A stretch of 64,000 nt of DNA from Haliotis rubra (taxonomy: Eukaryota). Below, piece after piece: positions 1 to 20,390 of this stretch. The number at the start of each line of letters is the position of its first letter. Positions within the stretch are counted from its first letter, which is position 1. The notes below the pieces were generated by a model. The model had not been told where the DNA came from. It saw nothing but the letters and a program-made list of their open reading frames with translations, and made no database searches. The DNA is taken from positions 620,001 to 684,000 of the forward strand of contig NW_025767214.1 in assembly GCF_003918875.1 (NCBI RefSeq), written 5' to 3'. The translations under genes and the position numbers were made by a program.

Positions 1-418
1 ATTGTTCTCTAACTTACTGGCTCTTAAAGGAAATATCAAGACCCAAGTTGATCATTTGCTAGTAGATTCAATCATTCATCATATATTTTCATGGTTTGTC
101 AATACTGAGATGAAATAATACATATTGTGTAGGCAATCTTAATCCTACAACACTTAATTTGTAATGGCTGACATATTACTGATGCAATTTGTGCCAAAAC
201 TGTTTTAGCCTACTGGCTACTTGATTTTACAAGCACCATATGTACCTGTCTGCTTTGAATATTTTGAATCAAATTGAAATCATTGCATTTGAAATGACAA
301 ACAGGTACTTTGTTGACATATGTGTCTTTTCACATTATCTCATATCTACAATAGTAACAATACATTATAACCCTAGGTTTGCACATTTAATGAAGTGTCA
401 TGGCAACTTTACGACCTG

Positions 419-7398
<6,980 letters not shown>

Positions 7399-7399
7399 G

Positions 7400-7860
7400 G
7401 TGCTTCTTCACCTCGAAAACCGCACCACTTCTCGTCAAATCTTATTATTTAGAATAGCAGCCGACATTTTGCTGTCATGTGATTACTCCTGCGCAAATTT
7501 GCAACATCCGGTTCCAATATACTACTAGAGGTTAAACTTATAGTATTAGTTATAACGATTTCTTTTTCAGTAGATAGACATTTCACACTAATTGACATTG
7601 CATAGTACTTAAATATATACGATTTATATTATTAGTAAGGAATACATTTCGTATTGAAAATTTGGACTGGCAACATAAGCCTTTAATACATTTTTTTAGA
7701 CATAGTTAATGAGTTATTATACCACTCTGATATAAATCAGGAGACTCATTTCCGTGTTATCTGCCCTCAGACTGTGCGTCATATTCGTGCAACAACTTTG
7801 TGACAGTTAGTCAGATTTTTCATCGAATGACTTAAAACATCTGAGGAATCAGTCCAAAGG
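7400..7860. promoter_or_regulatory. Compact divergent promoter region for TMEM184C and spartin, including a probable non-coding first spartin exon
   Basis: TMEM184C ATG at 7398 (-); + strand donor AAG|GTAAC at 7859/7860; CpG-containing segments; spartin acceptor at 8699/8700 just before its ATG. Confidence 0.55.
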
Positions 7861-8706
7861 TAACACGGGTATATTCGAAAATTGTGAATGATACCTGTCA
7901 GTCTGAATGAGTGTCATAAATTGAGTTTCCTGTCACCTAATATTACTTGTAAACAACCAGATCGAATTCAGAGTCAGAGCCCAAGTGTAAAGACTGTCGT
8001 ACGTGTCTACGTTGAAGTGAAATACTGTTCTAAATGTCAATTATTTTTCATTTTAAAAATCTCTCTTAGTAATTAATTCTGTCAAATTTAGATATCAAGA
8101 TTGTGTAGGATCTGGTATGTCTGTTATGTATGAGAGTTGAGAATATATCTGGTACCTCCCTTGATTGTTTTTATTATGAGAGAACCTCATAAAGACATTT
8201 GTTTTCTCTTCACTTCAGTTGTTTGTGAGAAACTGAATTTTTAGAAAATGAACACAATTATGAATGATGAGGAAGACGGTCTGAGTATAAGAATGTATAT
8301 TTTGAATTCATTTTTGAGGCAATACAATTACCTTTGTATCATCAGAATTTGATCACCTACAATAGAAAACAAAGTCACTAATTTTCAAATGGATATGATG
8401 ATGAATTTCCGTAAACATATGGATGTTTTATTGTATATTCCCATCACCATGGACAGCCAAGGTTGACAACATTGCTGTTCTTACTGGTTGAGGGATTTTA
8501 TGGGCTAGTCAATTTGAGCATTTGTAACATTCATTTATAAACATGCTAACAATTCAAGAAGTCAGATCATTGAAAGCTTTTCTCAGTAACTTCCCCAAAT
8601 TGAATGTTCATGATGTAGGTATAATAGAATAAAAAAATATATCTTGCCATATCTGATTACTTTGTAGTGCACAGTGTTTTACTTTTCTTTGAATTTTAGA
8701 CCCAAC

Positions 8707-11700
8707 ATGGCATGTGCACCAGCCCAGAGTGAACAAGGAGCAAGGCCACGCCCCCCTCGACCACCACCACCCAATGTAAGTTCGGCAGAGAGAAGTACAT
8801 TTTCTCATCTCAAGAGGCTTTGTACTAAAGCTCACCAGCATGTGGAAGAGGCTCTATCGCTGGATGAGGGTAATAGAGACTTGGATGCTAAGGAAGAATA
8901 TCTACAGGCACTACACCTCATTGACCAAGCAATGGCTATGGATTGTGAAAAACTGAATTTTACAGCTGATGATCAAAATTCTGCCAAACTAATGCAACAA
9001 AAAATGTCAAAAACCAAACTTCAAATTGAATACAGAATGCAGGCTATTGAAAGGGAAGAAGCTGTTGCAAATTCATATCCTGATCTGGAAGAACGAACAA
9101 GGCTAGACTCCCCTCCATCTTACAACGAGGCGGTGACCTCTGGAGCATCCAGTCCAGTGGTGGCATCTGGGGATGCCATGATGATGAGTTTGGGCGACAG
9201 TATCATGAATGACGAGAGACAGAATGGGGAGGTCACACAACATGCAGATGCAGACAGAACATTTGAGATTGCAGATGGTGTGCAGATATTTTTCATAACA
9301 CCACAAGGTTATGTGAGTGCTCCATCATATCCCAGTTCCCTGTCAGTGTTTAAGTTCCGGGATGAGCAGTGCGCCGGTACCCAGAGGCCACCAACGTTTA
9401 TGCAGGTGAATGATTGGGTATACCCACTGATTCCAGGGATGTCGCCATCTCTCAGGACCACATATGGGGCTTACATGTTCCCCGACACATCCTCTGATGT
9501 CCCAGGTATGTCAGTCTTATTCCTTATACATTTGTTTGGTAGTCGAAACCAGCGTTCAAATGTTAGCATGAAATATAGTGGAATCTGGTCATTTTAATAG
9601 CTGAGGACCTCTGTGATGTCAGATGAGATCCTGTACTTGTGCAGGCTGATGACTATTGATACACTACTGAGAGTATTGAAATCAGAATCTGGTAACCATA
9701 GTGATTGTAGGACATTAGATCTGTACATATAGGATTCATTTCTTGCCTTTACAGGGATTGATCTGTACCTCATTAAAGGCCAATATTTTAATGAAATTGG
9801 CAGCAAGCGTCAGTAAATATTTCTTAGTTCTTAGTTATGCTGTAACTGTTGTTATGGTTTTGAAGAGGTGACCTGTATTAAACTGTTAAATGGAACAAAA
9901 AGAGGAAGAGGCTATGCTAATAGCTAATAATTTTCAGTTCAATGTTAACATTCAATTTGCCTACCAAGGATGTAGGTAATTTATAATTCTTCAACATTTT
10001 TATGTTTAAGATTTGTTCCAGCAGCCTACTATCAGTGAATTTTTGTTGTTCCTGATACACTCAAATATTTAATCTTCAAACATTTACTCTTCAGGAGCTG
10101 CTGTGGGGTTGATGTTGCCTGACACAATGGATGTCGAGGATAGACTGAAGTTTGAACAGCTTCTCCGATCATTGACAGTGATGGAGGACCAAGTTGTCAT
10201 TTCCCCTGAGGGAATCCCATGTGAGCCAGCACCAGCCTACCCTCAGGTTCCTAATGCTGAAGCAGCTCCCGCCTACCCCCATGTACCCCAAGTGTCCCAT
10301 GCAGAACCAGCACCTGTATCCTACCCACAGATCCCAAGTGCACCGATGGAACAGGTACCAAGTGCGCCAGTCGAGCAGAGGCCAGCTGAAGTTGAAGGAC
10401 AGAGGGAGGATGTACATTCAGACACTACCTCAGGGAAAATCTCAAAGGGAATTCTTGTAGGTGAGGACTTTTGCATTTTGTCACATAACTGTTATTATTA
10501 CAGGAGCATAGCACCCGCTTATCTGTTTTTGCTGCAGATCCATGGTATACACAACGTGTGGGGATTCTAGGAGAACTCTATGCTAACCCACAAATACTTG
10601 CTTTTGTATGAAAATTGTGTGAGTGGCAGGACCAACATACCCTTTTCATTAACTTCTTATTCCATCACTGATTTTTTGCACAGTTGCTCACCAGAATCAA
10701 TTTCCGTCAGATAATGGAGACTTGATAATTTATGTATTACCTTACCGGACGCTACACTTTCAGCAACATGTAGCATTAGATAAGTATGAAAAGATTGCAT
10801 GCTCATGTGTTACCTTACCTGATGCTACACATAGCTAAAGGTTTAATATCCGGTAAATATAAACTCATTGTATTTATCCTGAAATGCTCATTTTGGTATT
10901 GTCAGGGATAAGAAAATCTGGTGGTGATAGTGTGTGAAATGCATTTGTGTGTCATCAGTACCCTGGAGCATGAATCATTGTTAATGCTATTAACCATTGC
11001 TTGTAATAAATCTGCTGGAGCAGGCAGGCAATATATGTTATTATAGCTTACCACAACATAATATGAAGCTGTTGAAGAGATAAGAAAGCTAATTTTTTCT
11101 TGTCTGCCACAGCGGCTGACTGGATCTCCTGGGGTGTGGGCAAGGGGGCACAGAAGGCGGGGCAGCTGATCAAGTACGGGTCCGGCAAGCTACAGCAGCA
11201 ACTCAGGCCAGAAGACAGACCGCGCACCATCGACCCTAAAGTACAGAAAGGAGCCAAATATGCTCGACAGGCCACACATGTGGCAGTCAAAGTCAGCTGC
11301 TTTGTAGGTAGGTGACCTCATTGTGGGTTTCTACAGACATCTTTTTCAGTGGCATTTTAGAAGTTGGAAATTACAATATAGACAAACTTTATGGATAACA
11401 ACTTCTTTATTTTGTGAGTGTGACGTTTCAATACAACATTACAATATCTATATCGAAACGTTGCACGCTCGAAGTAAAGAAATTGTTATCCATAACGTTT
11501 GTCTATATAATAGTAGACATTTGTGTGTTGTCAAGATGTGCCCAATAGGCTACGAGATATAAAGGTTTTCAAAATATTAATATTATGTGCAGGTTACACA
11601 TTCCCTATATGTTCTGAGTTTGTTTCACTAAATCAGCAAATCAACCTCAAGTTACACCCTTTAAGATGTAAGTCTGTTTTCTATTGGCTTTTGTCTGTGG

Positions 11701-14700
11701 ACGACATTCTGCTTTTGTAGAGTGAATTCTAAAATGCTTTTGCAGTTTGTGTTAAGTAGTATTCAGGATTTAGGCATGGTCAGTGAAACTCTGAGTGAAG
11801 GGTTCAATGGTATTCAGGGGTGGTCGGTGAAACTCTGAGTGAAGGGTTCAGTGGTATTCAGGGGTGGTCAGTGAAACTCTGAGTGAAGGGTTCAATGGTA
11901 TTCAGGGGTGGTCGGTGAAACTCTGAGTGAAGGGTTCAATGGTATTCAGGGGTGGTCGGTGAAACTCTGAGTGAAGGGTTCAATGGTATTCAGGGGTGGT
12001 CAGTGAAACTCTGAGTGAAGGGTTCAATGGTATTCAGGGGTGGTCGGTGAAACTCTGAGTGAAGGGTTCAATGGTATTCAGGGGTGGTCAGTGAAACTCT
12101 GAGTGAAGGGTTCAATGGTATTCAGGGGTCGTCAGTGAAACTCTGAGTGAAGGGTTCAGTGGTATTCAGGTGTCGTCAGTGAAACTCTGAGTGAAGGGTT
12201 CAGGGGTGGTCAGTGAAACTCTGAGTGAAGGGTTCAATGGTATTCAGGGGTGGTCAGTGAAACTCTGAGTGAAGGGTTCAATGATATTCAGGGGTGGTCA
12301 GTGAAACTGTGAGTGAAAGGTTCAATGGTATTCAGGTATTCAGGTGAGGGAAGTTTTCACCATCATAGATCAGAACCTTATCACTGACCAACCTAATGTT
12401 TTGTTTTCAGTGGGAAAGTTAAGTGATGCAACTGTGGCACTGGGGAAACAGGTGGCGCCACACATTCGGAAACAAGGGGAGAAGATACTGCCGCAGGTGT
12501 TTAAACCTTCCAAAGATGGACAGTCCAAAATGGATGGAGTGTTGGAAGTGGCTGCTAGTGGACTTAAGGGTAACTACAGTGACAGTGTGGAGATGCCAAC
12601 TGTGCCAAGTTTCTTAAGTTTGGGAATGTGAATTATGGTATATTATGTCATATTTGGGATAACACTTTCTTAGTAAAGTACAGATTCTAGTACTTTTGTT
12701 AGGTTGAGTCCCATTCAGGATTTGAACCCACACCCTCAGAGTCAGGCACCTAATCACCAGCACACAAAGTCAGACGCCTAGACCGATTCGCTCAGCCACC
12801 GGCTTCCACAAAAATGGAAGTCGGACAACTGGTAGTCTAGACTGCGGACTTTATGTACCCCTGTTTGAGAGAGTTCACTCAAACACATCTTGTTCAGTTA
12901 GTGTTTATGGAATTTAAAAACATTCATGGAAACGCATAGACACTGACTGCACAAGATTAGCCTGCGAGTGAACTACACATGCTCCTAGATTTCATATGTT
13001 AGAATTTTAATTGAATTCGGTTTTCAACTTCGCTGATACCAGACGTAAATTTAGAGTTAGGTTAGAAAGTCAGTAAGCTGTTAGATATTCATAAATTAGA
13101 TTAGACAATCAGTGGGGTTTAGTTAGTAAAGAAAGTTAGAGGTTGGATATTCAGGGTTAGATTAGTTTAGTATTAGTCGGGTTTTGAACATTAATAGAGT
13201 TAGAATTTAGATATTAGGGGTTGGTGAAATTAGTTAAATTCATCAAGCGCAAAAGTTTACACATTCAGTTAGTTCTTCACACATTCGCTTTTTACCCATA
13301 ACTGTTATCATATTTAGTTCTTCAGTTCCTCATTAGAAATAAGTGTTATAATATTTAGTTCTTCAGTTCCTCATTAGAAATAAGTGTTATCACGTTTATT
13401 TGCTCAGTTTTACATTGTACACAATAAGTGTTATCACATTTATTTGCTCAGTTTTACATTGTAGACAATAAGTGTTATCACATTTATTTGCTCAGTTTTA
13501 CATTGTAGACAATAAGTGTTATCACATTTATTTGCTCAGTTTTACATTGTTGACAATAAGTGTTATCAAGTTTATTTGCTCAGTTTTACATTGTAGACAA
13601 TAAGTGTTATCACATTTATTTGCTCAGTTTTACATTGTACACAATAACATACATACATACAAATACTTATATAGCGCCAATATCCGTAATCCGCTCAAAG
13701 GCGCTCTGGCTCTAAGATGGTCAAGATATCACATATAGTTCAAATGCTTCACCAAAGAGACATGTCTTCAGATTTGATTTAAAAACAGCTAAATCTGGTT
13801 GTGTTCTGAGGTGAGATGGAAGATTGTTCCAGAGATGAGGCCCAGCCATCTCAAGTGACCTGTCACCATATGTTTTTGTCCTAGTCACAGGAATTGTCAA
13901 AAGACACTGGTCATTTGATCGGAGAGAACGTACAGCAGTATAACGGTGGAACAGATCACAGAGGTACTGAGGAGCTAGACCATGTAAACTTTTAAAAACA
14001 AGGAGTAGAGTTTTATATTTTATCGCGGTAGTGGACGGAAGCCAATGAAGTGAGTGAAGAACAGGAGTAATGTGGTCCGATTTCTTTGACAGAGAGACCA
14101 CTCTGGCTGCAGTATTCTGCACCTTCTGAAGCTTGTGTATAAGATTGTTTGGGAGGCCAGCAAGAAGCGCATTACAGTAGTCAAGGCGAGATGTTACATA
14201 TGCCTGAACAAGAGATGCTGTAGTCTTGGCGTCCAGGTATCGTCGAATCATGCCGATGTTACGAATGTGGTAGTATGCGCCCTTCGACAGATGTTATTGA
14301 TGTGTGGCTCCATGGACAGTGAAGAATCAAAAATAACTCCCAAGTTTAAGCACCTCATGGTTTGGCTGAATCTCACACTGACCCGATGCTGAATTTAGGA
14401 AGAGAGATACTGGGTTGGAGGCAGCTTAGGGTGGAAAACTATGAGTTCAGTTTTATCATCATTCAGTTTGAGGTAGTGTGGCGACATCCAGATTTTGATG
14501 CAGCTAACACACTCTTCAATGGTGAGAAATGAAGACACAGCTGATGAGGAAAGTAAGGGTTTGAATGATATGTAAATTTGAGTGTCGTCAGCATATAAAT
14601 GCAGTCCAAGGTTGAAGGATCTGACGATATCACCTAGAGGAGAAGTATAAATAGTGAAAAGTAGAGGTCCAAGAACCGATCCCTGAGGCCGCGCCATAAG

Positions 14701-17700
14701 CAAGATCCTTAGGACTGGAGATGTGACCATCAATGATCACCGACTGATGTCTACCTGCTATGTAGGACTCAAACCACTGAAGAGCAGTTCCTCTAATACC
14801 CATCCTGGTCTCAAGTGTATGCATCAGAATAGTATGGTCGATAGTATCGAAGGCACTACTCAAATCAAGTAGAACCAATACTGCAGCACCATCTTTGTCT
14901 CACGGCTCTCAGTATGTCATTGTGCACTTTAGCGAGTCGCGGTTTCCGTGGAGTGGAAATTCGGTATGCTGATTGCATGACTTGAAACACCCATTTAAGG
15001 TCATGTGTTCCTTGAGTCTTGTTGTGACCACGCGCTCAATCAATTTTGAGGTGAATGGTAAATTTGTGACTGGCCGATAATTTTTAAAAGCTCTTGATCT
15101 AAACCTTTCTTTTTCAGGAGTGGAGTGACAACTCCATTTTTCAATGTATCCGACATCATACCTTCCTGGAGAGATTTATTGACAACAGAGAGGTCAATAT
15201 AGGGGCAAAGGTATCTAGAGAGTTCTTGAGAAGCCATGTAGGTATAGGGTCAAGAATACATGACCGTCGGTGACTTAGAAACAAGTTTCACAATCTCTGC
15301 TTCTGTTGCTGGTTGGAAATGGGATAGGCATGGAAAAGCAGCTATTGATTGGGGCTCAATGTGTGGAAGGTCATCATGTGAAAGTGAGTCTCTGATTGTG
15401 GAAATCTTCTGAGAAAAGAAGTCTGAGAACTTGTCAACTAATTGATCAAGGGATGAATGAGATGGCAGAGTCAGGGAATTATCCTTAAACAGAAGCCTGT
15501 TAGCTATCCTGAACACTTCCTTCTGTCCATCCACATCCTGCAGTGCAGCTTTGTAATAGCTTGACTTGGCTGTCTCCATAAGAGAGTCAACATGATGTCT
15601 CTGGTTGTCATGCATCTGCTTATGAATGGCTAACTTGGTGTGTCTAAACTGTTTCTCGAGTTTACGCCTCAAAGCGTTTAGCTGATCGAATGTCGTCATT
15701 ATACCAGGGTGATTCTGGATGAAGAGTTACAGTACAGGACTTCAATGGAGCATGATGGTCAGCAAGTTTCCTGAGCTGAGTGTCATACAGAGTAACATAT
15801 TCACTGGCGGTGAGATCTGAAGAGCTAGAAATAGCTGTTGTCATATCTAGCTGAAACTCTTGAAGATCAATGTCCTTCCACTTGCTTGAAATGAGATTTT
15901 CTTTCTGGTTAGATCTTTCAACTGAGATGTTGACATTGAACAAGACACTGTAGTGATCAGATCTTACAGAATGATCAAATCTTACGTTACTGACCTTCAG
16001 TTCATTCTCACGCACAATCACCAGGTCTAGAATATGTCCCTGAACGTGAGTTGGCTCATGTATGACTTGAGTTAGGCCATGAGCTTCCAGAATATTGAGC
16101 AGCTTCTGTGCATCTCTGTCATTTGTCTTGTCAATGTGGTAATTAAAGTCCCCACATATTAAGAGCTTACCGGGTGTTGTCGTCAGAGAATCAAGAAGTG
16201 CACTAAAGTCATCAAAGAAAGTACCAGGTTTTGGCGGTCTGTACAACACAATGATGTTGAAACATTGGTTGTCACATGTAAATTGTAATGGTATAAGTTC
16301 AAATGAAGTACATGTATGGAGATTGGCAGCTTTCAGTTTGCGACCAACAAGTTTATCATTGTAGACGATACCAACGCCGCCTCCACGCACAGCTCCCACG
16401 GCCGAAAGCTATGAAATACACACTGCCATTTAGAAAGTAGTCAAATTTAACATATGTCATATTTGGGATTACACTTTCATAGTAAAGTACAGATTCTAGT
16501 ACTTTTGTTGGGTTGAGTCCCATTCGGGACAGTGGCAGTGTGTATTTCATAGCTTTTGTCTGACTTTGTGTGCTGGTGCCTGACTGAGGGTATGGGTTCG
16601 AATCCCGAATGGGACTCAACCCAACAAAAGTACTAGAATATGTACTTTAATAAGAAAGTGTAATCCCAAATATGACATATGTTACATTTGACCACTTTCT
16701 AAATGGCAGTGTGTATTTCATATATTTACAGAAACAATCTGATATGTTCTATACCGACAGTAACATTACTACAGCTATTACACTTCCTCAGGCTATTCTA
16801 TATTGTATACATGTATTATGTTAGATGACATAGGGCCAACTGCCCTTAGAGAAGTGGGGAGTTGTGGTCTGTTGACCAAATGCACAGCCCTATATAGGTT
16901 GTCAGCCATGTTTGTTCTCAGTGCTCTTGTCAAACAGTTAATTACAGTTAATTACCGTGCTCTGTACCTATATAATGAGCCGGTGGCCCCTGTACATGAA
17001 TAAAACATCTTCCGGTATCTACTATAGGATGTCAGCCATGTTTGATCTCAGTGCTCTTGTCAAACAGTTAATTACCATGCTCTGTACCTATATAATGAGC
17101 CGGTGGCCCCTGTACATGAATAAAACATCTTCCGGTATCTACTATAGGATGTCAGCCATGTTTGATCTCAGTGCTCTTGTCAAACAGTTAATTACCATGC
17201 TCTGTACCTATATAATGAGCCGGTGGCCCCTGTACATGAATAAAACATCTTCCGGTATCTACTATAGGATGTCAGCGTATATTGCAGTGGCGATAAAAGA
17301 ACCCAAAGTCAATAAAAGCAAAACTAATACTGTTGAAATTGTTTCCTTACAGATTTGTGAATATTGATCCTAAACGAAAATGTGTACATATTTATTAAGA
17401 TGTAATGGTTCAGATGGACAATAAGGTGGGAGAAAATGAAATATTAGAATATTTTGGGAACAACCAAGTTGATATTTAGCATCAACTGCCAGTCTATATA
17501 TGTACTTGTTAGTTCTACATATACAGAATAATCTAACGTATATGATGGATTGATACACTGACATATCGCGATATATTTCGGACGATAAATCAAAACACCC
17601 TGAGTTCCCTTTGTTGCTATGCATCTCATTGAAATCAAATCTTTTACACCAATTCAGTGAGAAAGGTGTCTAGTTGGAGTAAAAATTCACAGTTTAATAT

Positions 17701-18955
17701 GATTGGTGTATAATTTACATATGAAGAAAGTGTTATTTGAATGAGTTGTGAAACAGGTTGCAGCTGGGTAGCATTCATATTTAAGTGACTTACATAGTAG
17801 AATAAAATATGTCTGCTAATGTTGGGCTTGTTAGTTAGTGGGTTAGTATCTTCATTTGACTGTTTTGTTTTCCGTGAATTATTTGTGTGTTGTGTTTCAG
17901 GGTTTGGGACAGTCTACATGGGGCTGGAGACATCGGCTAAGGAGCTGGCGAAGAATCTGGCAAATGAAACAGTTGGCATCGTCCATCACAAGTAGGTTCA
18001 TACCATACTTTATTAAGAAACATAATATTTTGGTTTCATCCGTAGGCAGAAGGAAAGAGTGGCAAAAATCTTCAATATTTCACAGGTTTGGAAACACTAC
18101 AACAGTTATCCGAGTCTCTTGCCAGCGTAATCATTTTTCACCAGCTAGTCAAACCACAGCTTGGTGCCAGTGAGAGAAACCCACCCATGCCTAGACCAAT
18201 GAGCACTTATATCTCACATTCAGCATGGCGCAGAACGGTGGCCTAGTGGTTAAAGTGTTCTCTTGCCAAAGAGCCTGGTTTGATTACCCACATATGTTAG
18301 AGGCCCATTTGTGGTGTCCCCTGCCCTAACATTGCTGGAGGATTGCTCAAATCGGCGTAAAACCGTACTCCCTGACTCATATACAGCAACATTGTGTCAA
18401 TATCAGACCAAGGGTTAACACTGAACAGTGAGATCATTAGACTTCCGCGAATTTATATAACAGTCTCAGTTTCATTAGTAGACGAATTTAAAGATTATAT
18501 TACGGTGAAAAGTCACTGTTTGTATTTCCAGGTAATAGTAGTTTATCGTACATGTGAAGCTTTGGCACACTGCTGTAGCCAGCAGTCAATTTAGCATGTT
18601 TAATCAGGGTGAAAATATCCTCATCTGCCTCCATGTCAAACTGATGCATGGTGTTGAGCTAGGCAGATTGGAAATATGTTTAGTGATGCTAGCTGGGCAT
18701 GTTCTTCTTCACAGGTACGGTGATGAAGCAAGTAAATTCACCGAAAACACGCTGTATTCTGTTGGGAATGTTGCCATGACGGCCTACAATGCTGACAACC
18801 TCGGCATCAAGGCCATCACGAAGCGTGCAGCAAAGGATGCTGGGAAGGCTGTGTTACACGATCTGCAGGATGAACGAGCCAAGAAGCAAACAAATGGATG
18901 TTGTCAGAACGGAGAGAAACACCCCAGTCCCTCGCATGAAAAACCTCCACAGTAA
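8707..18955 (+). CDS. SPART: Spartin (MIT domain, PPxY motif, C-terminal senescence domain), 6 coding exons
   Basis: Exons 8707-9505, 10095-10460, 11113-11307, 12411-12569, 17901-17991 and 18715-18955, with consistent phases. Motifs [61 protein letters not shown] and [15 protein letters not shown]. Confidence 0.95.
11775..12340. repeat. 44-bp minisatellite, about 13 copies (spartin intron 3)
   Basis: Unit TGGTCAGTGAAACTCTGAGTGAAGGGTTCAATGGTATTCAGGGG; starts at 11777 and 11821 are 44 bp apart. Confidence 0.95.
12645..12815 (-). mobile_element. Repeat with tRNA(Leu)-like head; further copies at 16410-16722
   Basis: Reverse complement GGTGGCTGAGCG..GTCTAGGCGTCTGACT...GTGTGGGTTCAAATCC resembles a tRNA-Leu; 12645-12720 is nearly identical to 16453-16529. 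Confidence 0.6.
13300..13648. repeat. Tandem repeats: 41-bp x2 followed by 44-bp x about 6
   Basis: Unit AATAAGTGTTATCACATTTATTTGCTCAGTTTTACATTGTAGAC; directly abuts the LINE 3' tail. Confidence 0.9.
13649..16390 (-). mobile_element. 5'-truncated L2/CR1-group LINE (APE endonuclease and reverse transcriptase), frameshifted
   Basis: ORF fragments contain [27 protein letters not shown] and SDHY (APE), then [29 protein letters not shown] and SRLDYCN (RT). The 3' end AGCGCCTTTGAG...GGCGCTATATAAG followed by (TATG)n is typical of L2. Confidence 0.93.
16410..16722. repeat. 120-bp inverted repeat pair with a 73-bp spacer containing tRNA-like sequence
   Basis: 16410-16529 is the near-perfect reverse complement of 16603-16722. 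Confidence 0.9.
16895..17277. repeat. 120-bp tandem repeat, about 3 copies
   Basis: Sequence lines 16981, 17101 and 17221 repeat; the ORF 16957..17367 is a by-product. Confidence 0.92.
18236..18380 (+). mobile_element. tRNA-derived SINE, family 1 (degenerate)
   Basis: GGTGGCCTAGTGGTTAAAG head, GCCCATTTGTGGTGTCCCC body, GGCGTAAAAC tail. Confidence 0.75.
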
Positions 18956-19241
18956 AACATATTGTATGATAGGTTCACTTGAACTGTAATTTATATGTAA
19001 AGTGTTTTACAAAAATATGATAAACCGGTATTGTGTGTACTAGTCAGCCTTGCTGGTTACTATTTTAACATTTCTAATATTTAGGATATATTACACGTCT
19101 GTCAAATACCATAACAATACAGATATTAGCTGTATGAAATACATGATATCATCTTGAATCTGTATTTTGAAATGTCAGTCATTCAGTGATCAATTCTAAG
19201 GGAAACTAGACTAACATCACAGGAAGGACCCAGCTGTGGTT

Positions 19242-19621
19242 ACAGCTTGTTCAGCTTGACCTGATCAAGTGAATACTAATGCACTGCGTGACCGTGTCAC
19301 AACTGGTTCGGTCTATTATTGTCAAGGGGTGCACCTTTGTGAGTTGATTGTCAACATGTCCGAACAACCGAGACAAGGTCGCCGTTTGAATAGAAAAATC
19401 GTCAGCAATGTCCTAACTTTCTTTAAAAAAGAAGCTACAGATGGTTTAATGTTTCCGATTCGGGCTGTAACGAATCCATGTATGCATGCTTCATACGAAC
19501 GCAACATTGATAACATGCTTTGCTCCCCTATTTAATGAAGTTAACTCGACCAGCCGTTTGTGCCATTTGACCTCCTGGGTCATGCATATGTAGAGTAGCT
19601 CAGGTCAAGCTGAACAAGCTG
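19242..19621 (+). mobile_element. Tc1/mariner-type non-autonomous element in the putative spartin 3' UTR
   Basis: Perfect 22-bp TIR CAGCTTGTTCAGCTTGACCTGA with TA on both flanks; short internal ORF remnant (MSEQPRQGRRLNRKIVSNVLTFFKKE). Confidence 0.85.
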
Positions 19622-20150
19622 TAGGTCAGTAAACATTGTAACCTTGACCTTTCTCCCAGTTGCTATGTAGAGCGGCTAAATTTGTTTTTGTTTTTGTTGC
19701 TTCCCATGGTATTAATAGAATGTTACACTCACTTCAGTTTAATATAACTTCGTCCCTTCTGAAAAAGGTCTCAAACTTGACACTGAATCAAAGCTCATGT
19801 AATATTCTGCAACACAAATATACTGGGATAGATAAGTGGTGTGAAGTGTAAAGGCACTAGGCTCCTAGTCTGCAGGATGTAGGACATCCTGTAACATAGT
19901 GATACAGGATCCGGATATGAGGGGTAATAAAATGTTGGAGTCTCTGTCAAATAAGAGAGGTATTCGTACATGAACATATGTGGGCATAGAAAAATGTTCG
20001 TTCAAGTCTTAAGTCAAATGGATCAAATGTTTGATTAAAATATAATGTAGTACATAAAAAACATGAATGGATGAACCATTAGTATGTAAATATTTAGTTT
20101 CATTGAGTTTTCTTTATGTCACCTTTGCTGAAGATTACCCATGTTAGGTA

Positions 20151-20390
20151 CCCGTGAAGGTCCGGGTTAGAATGAACCTTCAGTAACCCATGCTTGTCGT
20201 AAGAGGCAACTAACAGGATCGGGTGGTCAGGCTTGCTGACTTGGTTGACACATGTCATCGGTTCCCAATTGTACAGATCGATGCTCATGCTGTTTATCTC
20301 TGGATTGTCTGGTCTAGACTCGATTATTGACAGACCACTGCCATATAGCTGGAATATTGCTGAGTGCGGCGTAAAACTAACTCACTCACT
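20151..20390 (+). mobile_element. SINE-like element, family 2 (no tRNA head)
   Basis: CCCGTGAAG..CCGGGTTAGAAT..GCTTGTCGTAAGAGGC..CTGGATTGTCTGGTC..GCTGGAATATTGCTGAGTGCGGCGTAAAAC(ACTC)n; at least 7 copies in the window. Confidence 0.85.

Noticed and set aside
11775-12340. Hammerhead ribozyme or retrozyme repeats (CTGAGTGA...GAAAC)
   Set aside because: The core has an extra base relative to CUGANGA and I could not form stems II and III.
16957-17367. 136-aa repetitive ORF
   Set aside because: By-product of a 120-bp intronic tandem repeat; no recognisable motif or splice support.
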